Positions 31,076 through 39,989 of a stretch of 64,000 nucleotides of DNA are shown here, piece after piece. Position numbers and translations under genes: made by a program. The notes under the pieces are model-generated. The model had not been told where the DNA came from. It saw nothing but the letters and a program-made list of their open reading frames with translations, and made no database searches. The stretch is taken from the IMG/VR virus record IMGVR_UViG_3300036853_000446, positions 124,001-188,000 of that record, one strand, 5' to 3'. The first letter of the stretch is position 1; every line of letters starts with the position of its first letter.

Positions 31076-31273
31076 TTAGCCCCCGAGCGCTCTCCTCACG
31101 TCGGCGGCAAGCCGTGATTCGGGAGAGTCTGCATGCAGCGGCTCCGAGAGGATCTGCTGCGCTCGGGCAATGCGCCCGGCCTGGTCGTCTATGATGCGGA
31201 GGGCTTTCGGGCCGTGCGACATCATCGCCCATGCTTCGCGCTCCTCGTCCGTCAATGTTTCGGTGTCGGCCAT
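31076..31273 (-). CDS. small hypothetical protein
   Basis: MADTET start with AGTAGGA SD. Confidence 0.5.
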   Translation of the reverse strand: MADTETLTDEEREAWAMMSHGPKALRIIDDQAGRIARAQQILSEPLHADSPESRLAADVRRALGG

Positions 31274-31294
31274 GTCAGTCCTACTCAACGGACA

Positions 31295-31882
31295 TCAAAT
31301 CCTCAGGACGAAAACCATGAGGGTGTTGTAAGCATCCGGCGCGAGCTTGAGAATGGCCATCATGGTTATTGCCGCCCCTTGCTCGTACGCATCAGCAGCC
31401 AGATTGGTGATGAGCCCATTCTTCGAGGCGTAAAGTTCGTCACCGGCGAAGTAGGTGAGCACCTCGCCGGAGTTTAGGTCGAACGTCTCCCACAACGAAT
31501 TCGCAAACGTGCCACCGTCCGCGTAATAGGATGCTTCGCCCGAAGCGATGCCCGGCGTGTTTTCGAACGGCACCCCGCGCGCGTCCGCAATGAAGAGCCC
31601 AAGGGGCCTGACTCTCGGATTGTACGCTGCTGGGGGACCGCCCACGGAGCCGTTGGCGACGTCAGGGCGTGTGCACGCAACCGTGCCACCGAGAACGCCG
31701 CGCGTCTTGACCCCCGATAATGTCGTCGAGACGTGGGTCAGGATATTAGGTGGGTTGGTCTGCGTCAGCGCGTCCGGCGTGTACGGCTCACCGGTGACGC
31801 GAATCCCAGAAATATAGAGCGGCTGGATGCGCCTCTGGGTTTCGGCGTAGTCTCCGGAGCTTTGACCGATTTGCAACGGCAT
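31295..31882 (-). CDS. Putative capsid decoration/cement-like structural protein
   Basis: PLGLF..FENTPGIASG..YET-like..TY..GDELYASKNGLIT beta-rich pattern; assignment by resemblance only. Confidence 0.55.
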   Translation of the reverse strand: MPLQIGQSSGDYAETQRRIQPLYISGIRVTGEPYTPDALTQTNPPNILTHVSTTLSGVKTRGVLGGTVACTRPDVANGSVGGPPAAYNPRVRPLGLFIADARGVPFENTPGIASGEASYYADGGTFANSLWETFDLNSGEVLTYFAGDELYASKNGLITNLAADAYEQGAAITMMAILKLAPDAYNTLMVFVLRI

Positions 31883-31915
31883 ACCCGTTGAACCGTCACA
31901 AATGAAAAAGCCAGG

Positions 31916-31992
31916 TGGTAGGCCCGCCCGGATTCGAACCGAGAACAACCCGGGTATGAGCCGGGGACTCTAACCGATTGAGCTACAGGCCC
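31916..31992 (-). tRNA. tRNA-Met/Ile2(CAT), encoded CCA
   Basis: CCCGG-CT CAT AC-CCGGG. Confidence 0.85.
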
Positions 31993-31998
31993 GAAATG

Positions 31999-32283
31999 TC
32001 AGATTGACTCTGTGCCGTCACGGTCATCTTTCTCGACTTGAGGATCTAGGGGCTCTTCGGCTTCTTCGTCGGCCTCATCCTCCTCCTCGTCCTCATCCTC
32101 CTCGTCTTCTTCATCATCATCCTCCTCGTCTTCATCTTCCTCGTCGCCGTCGTCCTCGTGATCCTTTTCCGCGGGCTCCGCGTCATCGTCGTCCTCATCG
32201 ATGGCATCGGGGTCGTCGAGTTCAAACTCCGGATCTGCGGCGGACTCGGTCTTTGGTGTGGCAAGCACTGAGGATTGCTTCAT
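31999..32283 (-). CDS. Extremely acidic low-complexity protein
   Basis: Long D/E runs (DDGDEEDEDEEDDDEEDEEDEDEEEDE). Confidence 0.65.
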   Translation of the reverse strand: MKQSSVLATPKTESAADPEFELDDPDAIDEDDDDAEPAEKDHEDDGDEEDEDEEDDDEEDEEDEDEEEDEADEEAEEPLDPQVEKDDRDGTESI

Positions 32284-32329
32284 TCCCCGCCCTTACGACC
32301 CGGAGACGGAAGACCTTAGACCGAAATTG

Positions 32330-32403
32330 TGGAACACCGGGGAGTCGAACCCACGCACAACCCGTTTATCAGACGAGTCAGGTCAACCGGACCGTCGTGT
32401 TCC
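32330..32403 (-). tRNA. trnI: tRNA-Ile(GAT), atypical D-arm
   Basis: CTCGT-CT GAT AA-ACGGG; GGAACAC/GTGTTCC. Confidence 0.7.
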
Positions 32404-32436
32404 TCTCGGCAGAAGGTGCTGGTGTATCTGCGACCG

Positions 32437-33378
32437 ATGATGACACCAGATGAAGCGCAGCGAGCGCTGTACGAGGCGGGATTCTACTCGCGGTGGGAGG
32501 ACAGGCGCCTCGTCGGCGGCACCCATTACAAGCCCGGCAATCCGGGCGTCTTCGAGGGCAAGACCTTCAGCGTCACGCTCCTACGGCTCGGGGTGTGCGA
32601 GGCACAGATGACGGATTTCGACCAACAGACGACCGTCCTCAGAGAGGGCGACCAGGGGCAACAAGATCTAGGCGGCATCGTCCAGCGAATCATTACGCTG
32701 CTCGGGCGTGACACGGGCGAGCCACCCAAGGTGCCCCTCTGGGCCGCCGTGCAGCTCGGCCAGGTTGCGCCCCACGTGACCTCGGAGGTCGAAGCCCTGA
32801 GCACGCTCCTGTGGCCCCTGGGGCTTCCGGAGGTCACGCAAGAGCCGCCACTCGCGGGACTCTCCGAAGAACAGCGACTCGCGCTTCCCGCTCCGAATGC
32901 GGCGACACGGACCTCGAGCCACGACACCTGGCGGCCTCCCGTCGTTGGCGACACTGCCAAAGCGGAGGCTCGTGAAGCGTCGCCCAGTACCCGGCGGCGC
33001 TCGTACGGAAGCGGGCCCATTCTAAACAGCCCGCACCTCATGCGGACCTTTCATTGGGCTCCGCTCGTTGCAAAAGCCAACTGGTCGACGAGGCTTCGCC
33101 CCGTCAAGTGTTTCAAGCCTCTGGCAATGCCTTACGAAACGGACCTGATCCGGTTCATGAGCACGACGCGCCAGATTCTCGACGTCCTCCCCGAATGGCT
33201 CGAACTCATCGTCTTCTCGACGGAGCCCGTCGACGGAAAGCTCACCGCCTGCTTTCTCGCGAGCAAGGCCGACCCTCCCGAGATCGCGAAGCCCGAATGG
33301 CTCGTCGCTCTTGCCTCCGAAGGCGAACGCTTGTTCCAAAGCACCGAAGCCAAACTGTCCGGCATCAGCCGCCGATAA
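32437..33378 (+). CDS. hypothetical protein
   Basis: TGGTGTA 11 nt upstream of ATG. Confidence 0.65.
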   Translation: MMTPDEAQRALYEAGFYSRWEDRRLVGGTHYKPGNPGVFEGKTFSVTLLRLGVCEAQMTDFDQQTTVLREGDQGQQDLGGIVQRIITLLGRDTGEPPKVPLWAAVQLGQVAPHVTSEVEALSTLLWPLGLPEVTQEPPLAGLSEEQRLALPAPNAATRTSSHDTWRPPVVGDTAKAEAREASPSTRRRSYGSGPILNSPHLMRTFHWAPLVAKANWSTRLRPVKCFKPLAMPYETDLIRFMSTTRQILDVLPEWLELIVFSTEPVDGKLTACFLASKADPPEIAKPEWLVALASEGERLFQSTEAKLSGISRR

Positions 33379-33401
33379 ATCTCTTATCCCCATTCGATTT
33401 C

Positions 33402-34325
33402 ATGCGCATCGCCAACACCCGAGATTTTCAGGTTGCCCTCCTGCAGGTGATCCGTCACGCGAACCAACCGCATCCTTCCCGCGGCGCGATTGCCGAACGA
33501 CTCGAAAGTCTAGGTGAGCGGCTCGGCGCACGGAAGGCGCCCGCAAAAGAGCCCAAGGCTCCAGGCTCACGGTTACGGAAGAAGAAAGACGCGCCGCCGA
33601 TAGGGCGCCAAGTCCTGGTGAACATCGCTCAGAAAGAAGCGCAGCAGCTCGACTATCTGAAGATGACGCTCGCGGGGGCCGTCTCCGAAGTAAAGAAAGA
33701 GGTCAAGGAGATTCGGGAGGGGATCGAACGGCTCCAAGAGGATGCCAAGCTCGACGACAAGGAACTCTCCAAGGCTGACGTCGATGAGAAGTGGGCGGCC
33801 AATGACTACTTTTCGGGGATGCTCCTCGATTCGATCATCAACGCCGTGGATTTTCTGGCGGGCACGCTAGAGGACCACGAGAACATCACCCAAGAGACCG
33901 AGTTGGCCAAGGCCGTGCGGGACTTCCAGAAGAAGATTCCCGACGAGGGTACCTGGCCCAAGGGCAAGGGCGAGAAGCAATTCAACGAGGTCATCAAGGC
34001 GCTCAGTAGCGCCGCCGCCATGGTACCCACGGGGCTGAGCAAGCCGAGCGAGTTGACCAAGCTCCGCGAAGTCTTCGAAGGGATCGCCGACATAGCCAAG
34101 CTCATGACCGGCAAGTCCGTCAGCGTACCGAAGATCCCCAAAGCCCTTGACCCAGAAGACCCCCGACAGCTCGGCTTTGGCTTCTCAGCTTCCAGCCGCC
34201 GGATCGCCAGCACGGCTGAACTCAAGGGTCAGCTCGATGCGATCTGGCAGGCGTCCAGTGAGCCTCATCCGTCACGACAGGCGCTCGGCGCAGCGCTCTT
34301 CAACATCGCCAGTAGCCTCCGCTGA
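33402..34325 (+). CDS. Protein with KIASP-type module at both termini
   Basis: N: MRIANTRDFQVAL..HPSR; C: RRIASTAELKGQL..HPSRQALGAALFNIAS. Confidence 0.8.
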   Translation: MRIANTRDFQVALLQVIRHANQPHPSRGAIAERLESLGERLGARKAPAKEPKAPGSRLRKKKDAPPIGRQVLVNIAQKEAQQLDYLKMTLAGAVSEVKKEVKEIREGIERLQEDAKLDDKELSKADVDEKWAANDYFSGMLLDSIINAVDFLAGTLEDHENITQETELAKAVRDFQKKIPDEGTWPKGKGEKQFNEVIKALSSAAAMVPTGLSKPSELTKLREVFEGIADIAKLMTGKSVSVPKIPKALDPEDPRQLGFGFSASSRRIASTAELKGQLDAIWQASSEPHPSRQALGAALFNIASSLR

Positions 34326-34343
34326 ACGGAGGCTTCCACCCAA

Positions 34344-34416
34344 TGGCACGGCAGGGGGGAATCGAACCCGACCTTCTGGAGTTTTGGAGGCTCCATTACA
34401 ACCTTTGCTCTGCCGT
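34344..34416 (-). tRNA. trnW: tRNA-Trp(CCA), encoded CCA, atypical D-arm
   Basis: GGAGC-CT CCA AA-ACTCC; ACGGCAG/CTGCCGT G CCA. Confidence 0.7.
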
Positions 34417-34443
34417 ATGAAAACGAGAGTTTGACCTCGTTTG

Positions 34444-34515
34444 AGTCCCCGGTGGGAATCGAACCCACGCTCGCGGTTTTGCAGACCACAGCCTTGACCA
34501 CTTGGCTACGAGGAC
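34444..34515 (-). tRNA. trnC: tRNA-Cys(GCA)
   Basis: GTGGT-CT GCA AA-ACCGC; U73. Confidence 0.9.
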
Positions 34516-34519
34516 AGAA

Positions 34520-34801
34520 TCATTTCAACTTCGCGTCACACGGACCCGGAAGCACGGAGAACTCGCCGGAAACACCCGGGCTCGGGATCGTCGGTCGGCT
34601 CTCCTCATTCTTGAAATCCTCGTGATCCTTTTCGAGTGCCAGGAGGAGGTCTTCGACGTGGGGCCACATTGATTTGGCGTGCTCAATTGCACGATGCGGC
34701 GGCATGGTCTCCCCGAGATTTCTAAAGCAGTGCAGCGCGTAGAGCACACTCTTTCGCTCGTCCGCAGAGAGGGACGAGAACCACCGACCAACGTGCGTCA
34801 T
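34520..34801 (-). CDS. hypothetical protein
   Basis: MTHVGRWF start. Confidence 0.5.
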   Translation of the reverse strand: MTHVGRWFSSLSADERKSVLYALHCFRNLGETMPPHRAIEHAKSMWPHVEDLLLALEKDHEDFKNEESRPTIPSPGVSGEFSVLPGPCDAKLK

Positions 34802-34820
34802 GACCTGATCATCAGACACG

Positions 34821-35147
34821 TCATCGAATCTCCAGATCGACGTCCGGAGACTGTTCTGGACCCGGGCCCGGCATCGTCGGCGTGCTCGCGAGACATTCGC
34901 GTGCCGGCCGGAGCTGCTGACGCCGAACCCACGTGTTCCGGGCATCCGCAGACAACAGCTCGTCGAGCAGCCCACGAACGACGTGAAGGGACAGACTCTT
35001 CTCTGCGCCCGCCTTCTCGGCCGCGTCGAGGATGGTCCGCAGATGCATCCCGAAATGGAAGGCGTCGTCGCCGCGCAGGAAGAGGCCTGGCCAGTCCGAG
35101 CCGAACACGACGGACCCGGACTCGATGCGGGGCTCGGAATCACCCAC
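34821..35147 (-). CDS. hypothetical protein
   Basis: DWPGLFLRGDDAFHF segment; start uncertain. Confidence 0.55.
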   Translation of the reverse strand: MGDSEPRIESGSVVFGSDWPGLFLRGDDAFHFGMHLRTILDAAEKAGAEKSLSLHVVRGLLDELLSADARNTWVRRQQLRPARECLASTPTMPGPGPEQSPDVDLEIR

Positions 35148-35328
35148 GGTCGACCCCAGCGGCTTCCATCGCCTCATCGAAGGCCCTGCAGGCATCTAGG
35201 AAGGCCCGCGAGACTTGCACGAGCGGAAGGTCTTCCGGAAGGCTCTTCAGGATAAATTCGGCGCACTCCTCGTCAGACCAGGTGCGATTGTCCAGCGCCC
35301 GAAACTCTTCCAACGTCAATTTCTCCAT
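35140..35328 (-). CDS. small hypothetical protein
   Basis: CGGTGTA 14 nt upstream, GAAAGG SD. Confidence 0.6.
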   Translation of the reverse strand: MEKLTLEEFRALDNRTWSDEECAEFILKSLPEDLPLVQVSRAFLDACRAFDEAMEAAGVDRG

Positions 35329-35350
35329 GGTGCCTTTCACGTACACCGAG

Positions 35351-35423
35351 TGGAGCCGGGGAGCATCGAACTCCCAGCCTCTCGCTTGCAGGGCGAGCGC
35401 TCTCCCACTTGAGCTACGGCCCC
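35351..35423 (-). tRNA. trnA: tRNA-Ala(TGC), C33
   Basis: G3:U70; CTCGC-CC TGC AA-GCGAG. Confidence 0.9.
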
Positions 35424-35504
35424 GAAATGCTTTGCCAATTACCCGATGCGATAGCACCAGATCTCAAAAACTTCTTTTGATGTGATATCCTTTTCAGAGG
35501 AAGC

Positions 35505-36140
35505 ATGCACGACTACGATAGACGCAGACTCGCCGCGGCGGAGACCACCGAAACCGTTACAAACATCCACTGGATGTACGTGGAGCACGAGAAGATCGCG
35601 CAGCGCGCCCTGATCGACCATCAAGCAAGACTCGGCAAGATCGAAACGAAGACACTGATCCGGGAAAACGTAATACGCCTCACAGGCACCACGACGGACG
35701 GCAGGACCTTCCGGATTGAAACGACCTTCTTTGTCAAGGAGATGATCGTTCAGTCCGAGACGCGAACGATCGTCGAAGGGACCGTGTCCATGGGACCGGT
35801 CCCCGATGTACTTCCAAGAGTGGAAGCTTCCGTCTCGAAGCTCTTGCAGGGTTTGACGAGTCTTGGGCTCGAAAAGCGCGACTACTTCAACTTTGCGAAA
35901 GGATGGGCCCACATCGCCCACGACATTGAGGCTTGGCGTCGTGGTGATGTCGTGAACACAAAGGGTTTGCGGTCGAGCTTGAGCTATCTCGTAAAGGAAA
36001 CCAAAAACCTCACCGACAAGCTACGAAGCACGTTCCCGGCAGGCGAGTTGCCTAAAGAGCAGCGGCAGCTCATCGATCTACTCGAGGAGGCCAGCAAAGC
36101 CCTCGGGGCCGCCGCGCGTGGTATTCCAGATATTGGTTGA
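35505..36140 (+). CDS. hypothetical protein with HDYDRR leader
   Basis: MHDYDRRRLAAA; TCTTTTGATG upstream and AGAGGAAG SD. Confidence 0.8.
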   Translation: MHDYDRRRLAAAETTETVTNIHWMYVEHEKIAQRALIDHQARLGKIETKTLIRENVIRLTGTTTDGRTFRIETTFFVKEMIVQSETRTIVEGTVSMGPVPDVLPRVEASVSKLLQGLTSLGLEKRDYFNFAKGWAHIAHDIEAWRRGDVVNTKGLRSSLSYLVKETKNLTDKLRSTFPAGELPKEQRQLIDLLEEASKALGAAARGIPDIG

Positions 36141-36141
36141 T

Positions 36142-36170
36142 TGGTGGAGCCGAAGGGGATTTGAACCCCC
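36142..36170 (-). pseudogene. 3-prime fragment of tRNA-Ala (T-arm + CGGCTCCACCA)
   Basis: GGGGGTTCAAATCCCCTTCGGCTCCACCA directly after tRNA-Glu CCA. Confidence 0.7.
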
Positions 36171-36175
36171 AAACA

Positions 36176-36252
36176 TGGTGTCCCGTGCCGGATTCGAACC
36201 GACGTTACCGCCTTGAGAAGACAGCGTACTGGGCCATCTATACGAACGGGAC
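36176..36252 (-). tRNA. trnE: tRNA-Glu(CTC), encoded CCA
   Basis: CTGTC-TT CTC AA-GGCGG. Confidence 0.85.
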
Positions 36253-36312
36253 AAATAGAACGTGACCGATGCCAGCCGAGCGTGCAAGCTTCCGAGGAGC
36301 ACCAAGGTCATG

Positions 36313-36383
36313 CAGCCCCGCGGAGAATCGGACTCCGACTGCTCGCTTGAAAGGCGAGTCTCATACCCTTAGAGGACGGGGCC
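36313..36383 (-). tRNA. trnE: tRNA-Glu(TTC), TCCG T-loop
   Basis: CTCGC-CT TTC AA-GCGAG. Confidence 0.8.
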
Positions 36384-37556
36384 TTACAGAGAATCCATGA
36401 ACTGCTGCAGCGCCCGGGGGAGAGGCTTCCCGAGCACCACGGCCAGGAAGGACTCGGCAAAGTTTTCCTCCCACGATGTCGCCCCGTAGTCGGAAGCATA
36501 AACGCCGCTCTGATGCTCAGACACCGGAAACTCGACGTCGCCCGACACGTTCTTCATGGCGATCGCGTCGTGCAGGGCCTGCCAGACGCCGCTTTCCTTC
36601 TCGTCTCGGAATCGCTTGAGCAAGGGGATCTGCTTTCGCATCACCTCGCGCGGTGTTCTCTCCGCGTATTCACGGCTGCGCGGCGAGATGATGGTGTCCG
36701 GGTCATCCGGGTACTCCTCGCGCTGATGCAGCTCGAAGAGTTTCATGTATTCGTCGGCCGCCTTTTGACGCTCGGCCGGGGTAAACACGATCGTCTCGCC
36801 CTTCTCGTGAATCTTGTGGAAGCGTTCGAACTTCTCACCGCGGATGAATTTCGTGTGGTAGCGATGCCCGAATTCGTGGATGAGGGTCAGCACGCTGTTG
36901 CGTTCTGGCGTCGCGTACATGCTGAGCGTGATGGTGTCGGTCGCGTGGGCGTACGAGCCAGCCACGAGCCCACCCGAGCCAGGCCGCGGGTCATATGTGC
37001 CTGAAGGACGAAGGTCCTTGCGAATGAAGACCTTGCCGTAGAGAACCTCTGGGAACCTTCGGTGGACCAGTTCACTCGCTTTGTCGAGCGTCGCGACGGC
37101 TTCCGCCGTATCCGTTACGCCCTCTAGCGGGATGATCCGGAAAGGGCCGTGTTTGAACTCGTCGGCCTCGTCCCGCATCAGCTCCTGCACTTTAGGCAAG
37201 CCCTCGTCCAGCTGACGAAACCAATGATCAAACCACTGTTGGCCAATCGAGTAGAGGTCACGATGATGCTGAATGCCATAGATGGCATTGAACACTTCCT
37301 GAAGCTTTCCGACGAATTCCATGAAGAATTCCCTATCAGCGTGGTCGAGGTCAGGTAGCCATTCGGTGCGGACACTCAGGCGGTCACCGCCTAGGAAGAA
37401 CACCCCGAGGATCTTGCCAAAGGCACGAAACTCGTCCTCTGCCTGCTTCCACTTCTCGCCACGAATGAGGCGCTCGATTCCCTCGAGCATCGGGGCCAGT
37501 TGCGTCCGAGCGAGAAAACGTCGAACGACATTGGCGACCAGCGGTTCCAGCATCAT
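36384..37556 (-). CDS. Zincin metallopeptidase (anthrax-LF/MPTase-like) with V.RRFL leader
   Basis: LIHEFGHRYH, SDYGATSWEENFAESF; MLEPLVANVVRRFLAR. Confidence 0.8.
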   Translation of the reverse strand: MMLEPLVANVVRRFLARTQLAPMLEGIERLIRGEKWKQAEDEFRAFGKILGVFFLGGDRLSVRTEWLPDLDHADREFFMEFVGKLQEVFNAIYGIQHHRDLYSIGQQWFDHWFRQLDEGLPKVQELMRDEADEFKHGPFRIIPLEGVTDTAEAVATLDKASELVHRRFPEVLYGKVFIRKDLRPSGTYDPRPGSGGLVAGSYAHATDTITLSMYATPERNSVLTLIHEFGHRYHTKFIRGEKFERFHKIHEKGETIVFTPAERQKAADEYMKLFELHQREEYPDDPDTIISPRSREYAERTPREVMRKQIPLLKRFRDEKESGVWQALHDAIAMKNVSGDVEFPVSEHQSGVYASDYGATSWEENFAESFLAVVLGKPLPRALQQFMDSL

Positions 37557-37582
37557 TCAGGCTAATCCATTAAAAGAGGATG

Positions 37583-37653
37583 AGCCCCCACCGGGAATCG
37601 GACCCGGACCTGCCGAATACCAATCGACTGCTCGACCTTCGAGCTATGAGGGC
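37583..37653 (-). tRNA. trnT: tRNA-Thr(GGT), TCCG T-loop
   Basis: GTCGA-TT GGT AT-TCGGC. Confidence 0.85.
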
Positions 37654-37658
37654 AAGTG

Positions 37659-38099
37659 TCATCTGCCGAACGGGCGGTGCTTCTGCTTCCAGAGTGCCTC
37701 CGCCGCGTCGGTATGTGAGGTTGCCGGGCGGAACTTCTGCCCTGAAATGCGCTCCGCCCAGGCGTACATCGCGGTCGCGAGCCCCTGCCGGCGAAACTCG
37801 GGATCGACCTCGATGGCCCCCTCGAAATCTTTCTCCGATGGGTCGCCGTTCCAAGGCCCATAGAACAGGTCGCCCACGACGCGCTCCCCATCGTCTGATG
37901 GTACCGTCGCAAGGATACTAAAGTCGTCGAAATCCGAAGACGGTTTACGTCGCCAGTAGAGGGTAAAGTCTTTGAACGTTGTCTCGCGTATGAACTTCGA
38001 TTTCTCCCGAGGGAAGTCCTTCGTCTTGGCCCGCCACTTCTCGGGGTTGTCGCTGAGACTGGCGAGATATCGCTGGGCAACGCGCGACAGTGTCGACAT
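37659..38099 (-). CDS. GNAT acetyltransferase with RVAQRYL leader
   Basis: IEVDPEFRRQGLATAMY motif A; MSTLSRVAQRYLAS. Confidence 0.8.
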   Translation of the reverse strand: MSTLSRVAQRYLASLSDNPEKWRAKTKDFPREKSKFIRETTFKDFTLYWRRKPSSDFDDFSILATVPSDDGERVVGDLFYGPWNGDPSEKDFEGAIEVDPEFRRQGLATAMYAWAERISGQKFRPATSHTDAAEALWKQKHRPFGR

Positions 38100-38106
38100 G
38101 GGATCT

Positions 38107-38949
38107 TTAGGCGGGGACGGTCTCATCCGACCTGTTCTCGACGCCGAGTCGGTCCCATCTTACCGTGAAGCCGTGCCCCGGCTTGTACTCGAGATACTGT
38201 TTCGCCACAAGCCAGGCGAGCCTCAGGACGAGCGTGATGGGTAGCGCGGCGAACGTTCCGAAGCCGAGCTGCGCAAAAAGCCCGCCGATCGCCGACTCGG
38301 GCATCGACGCGAGCAACTCCACGAGCGAGATACCCCCGGTGAAGCCCGCGACGATGCCGGGAATGTCCCAGGTGATCTCCAGGACCGAGATCCAGACGTA
38401 GATGTAAATGGCCGCGTAAACGGGCCGCCTCAGGGTCGGGATGTGCTTCCGAAACAGGTTGTCGATCGTCTCCGCGCCTTCACGAATCTTCGACAGTGCG
38501 CGCTGCAGCCACGGCACATCTTTAACCAGACGGCGGATGAGGTCGGTCAGTCCGGGCATCTTGTGCTGGTCGATGAAGAAGAGACTCAAAGGCAAATGCG
38601 ACGTCGCCTTGTGCAGCACGCTCATCAGGGCGCGCTTACCCTCGGCCATGGCGTCCTTGATGCCCCTGACCAGATTGGGCAGGCTCGCGTCCTCCAGGCC
38701 GAGGCCGCGCTTGATGGCAGCCCACGCCTCGGGCGCGCGTTTGAAGAGCCCGACAAGGCGCGAGACAGCGCTCGTGATCCCGGCGACGACTTCTTTTGAC
38801 GACGCGGTACGGGTCTCCCAGGCGGCCTCGACGAGGGCAACGAGCGCCCCTCTCGGCGGCAGACGGGAGGCAACACGCCCCGTTGGATAGGCCCGTTCGA
38901 CGGCGAGCCGGATGAAATACCGGTCCCTGACTCTCAGGCTGATGTCCAC
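38107..38949 (-). CDS. hypothetical protein, hydrophobic C-terminus, RVRDRY leader
   Basis: MDISLRVRDRYFIRLA..GRVAS. Confidence 0.7.
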   Translation of the reverse strand: MDISLRVRDRYFIRLAVERAYPTGRVASRLPPRGALVALVEAAWETRTASSKEVVAGITSAVSRLVGLFKRAPEAWAAIKRGLGLEDASLPNLVRGIKDAMAEGKRALMSVLHKATSHLPLSLFFIDQHKMPGLTDLIRRLVKDVPWLQRALSKIREGAETIDNLFRKHIPTLRRPVYAAIYIYVWISVLEITWDIPGIVAGFTGGISLVELLASMPESAIGGLFAQLGFGTFAALPITLVLRLAWLVAKQYLEYKPGHGFTVRWDRLGVENRSDETVPA

Positions 38950-38998
38950 GTCAGTGGCCGGCGGATAAGTGAAAGCGGCGCCTCCGAATCGTGCGGAG

Positions 38999-39069
38999 CG
39001 CCCCGTATGGAAATCGAATCCATCTCATCCGCGAGACAGGCGGACTGCGACCCCAGTCGCATCACGGGC
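38999..39069 (-). tRNA. trnD: tRNA-Asp(GTC)
   Basis: TCCGC-CT GTC TC-GCGGA; ATGGA-TTCGATT-TCCAT; G73. Confidence 0.7.
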
Positions 39070-39205
39070 GAAACGTAGGCGAGAAGGAGGAAGTCAAAGG
39101 AGGCCGTCAACCGCGTCGCCGCCGCATACCTCAGTCAGTTCACGCTTTCGAGCGGTGGGCATGATTTTCGACGCCGAGCTTATCCATTTGTAACGGCCTC
39201 TTCTC

Positions 39206-39697
39206 GTGAACAAGATCGCGAGCGCCGGGGAGCTGCAGTCAGAGTTGAGACGGCTCCTGAACGAGGCGGTTGCACCGGGAGTCTCCCGCCGCGCAATGGC
39301 CGCCGAGCTGGTTGCGCTCGCCGGTCGGGTGGCGCGCGACAGGCCCTATCCCGAGCAGGACGTGCGCGGATCGGGCGAGTGGGCCGTCTATTTCGAGACC
39401 GAGGCACCGAAGACGATCCATCGGTGGAAATTTCACACCCAGGCGCAGGCGACGGACGAAGCCAAGAAAGCTCAGAAGGAGCAAGGCGGCTTCGTCACGG
39501 TCATGCGCAAGGGCCTCGACGTCGTCGAGGTGGGCCCCGGCGGCAAGGTCACGAAGAACGCCACGGTTCTGAACGTGGTGGCGCGCTACGTGGCTCGACA
39601 AATACCAACAATCAGAACAATTGCGGACAGCTCCGAATCCTGGGCTCGAACCAGGGACCTACGTGTTAACAGCACGTCGCTCTACCAACTGAGCTAA
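39206..39697 (+). CDS. KIASP-leader protein
   Basis: MNKIASAGELQSELRRLL..SRRAMAAELVALAGRVA; C-terminal NVVARYVAR. Confidence 0.8.
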   Translation: MNKIASAGELQSELRRLLNEAVAPGVSRRAMAAELVALAGRVARDRPYPEQDVRGSGEWAVYFETEAPKTIHRWKFHTQAQATDEAKKAQKEQGGFVTVMRKGLDVVEVGPGGKVTKNATVLNVVARYVARQIPTIRTIADSSESWARTRDLRVNSTSLYQLS

Positions 39698-39703
39698 TCC
39701 GGA
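39631..39703 (-). tRNA. trnN: tRNA-Asn(GTT)
   Basis: ACGTG-CT GTT AA-CACGT. Confidence 0.93.
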
Positions 39704-39717
39704 AAAAGGCCACCTCA

Positions 39718-39969
39718 TTGATGAATGGCGTCGAGTTGCAGAACCTCGGAACCGCTCGTGTCGAAGTAGGCGACGGACTCAAAATCGCCTCGATCGCAGA
39801 TATTGCAGCAACTGATGGTCATCTCAACTGCCAAGGGCGGGTCGTACTTGGCGCGCTCCACCCGAAGCGCGTTTCCGCACCCTTCACACCTGATGTGGAT
39901 GTGCGTTCTCGACGCTGACTCTCTCGCCGAGGCGGTCTCCGCTTTCGTCATGTCGGCGAGGCGCTTCAT
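39718..39969 (-). CDS. small Zn-finger protein
   Basis: CEGC, CNIC; TGGTGTA 12 nt upstream. Confidence 0.6.
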
Positions 39970-39989
39970 TTGGTGAAGATTACACCAGG

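Noticed and set aside
35351-36170. Permuted or two-piece tmRNA
   Set aside because: The GGGGCCG 5-prime end belongs to a complete tRNA-Ala(TGC); no tag ORF or pseudoknots seen
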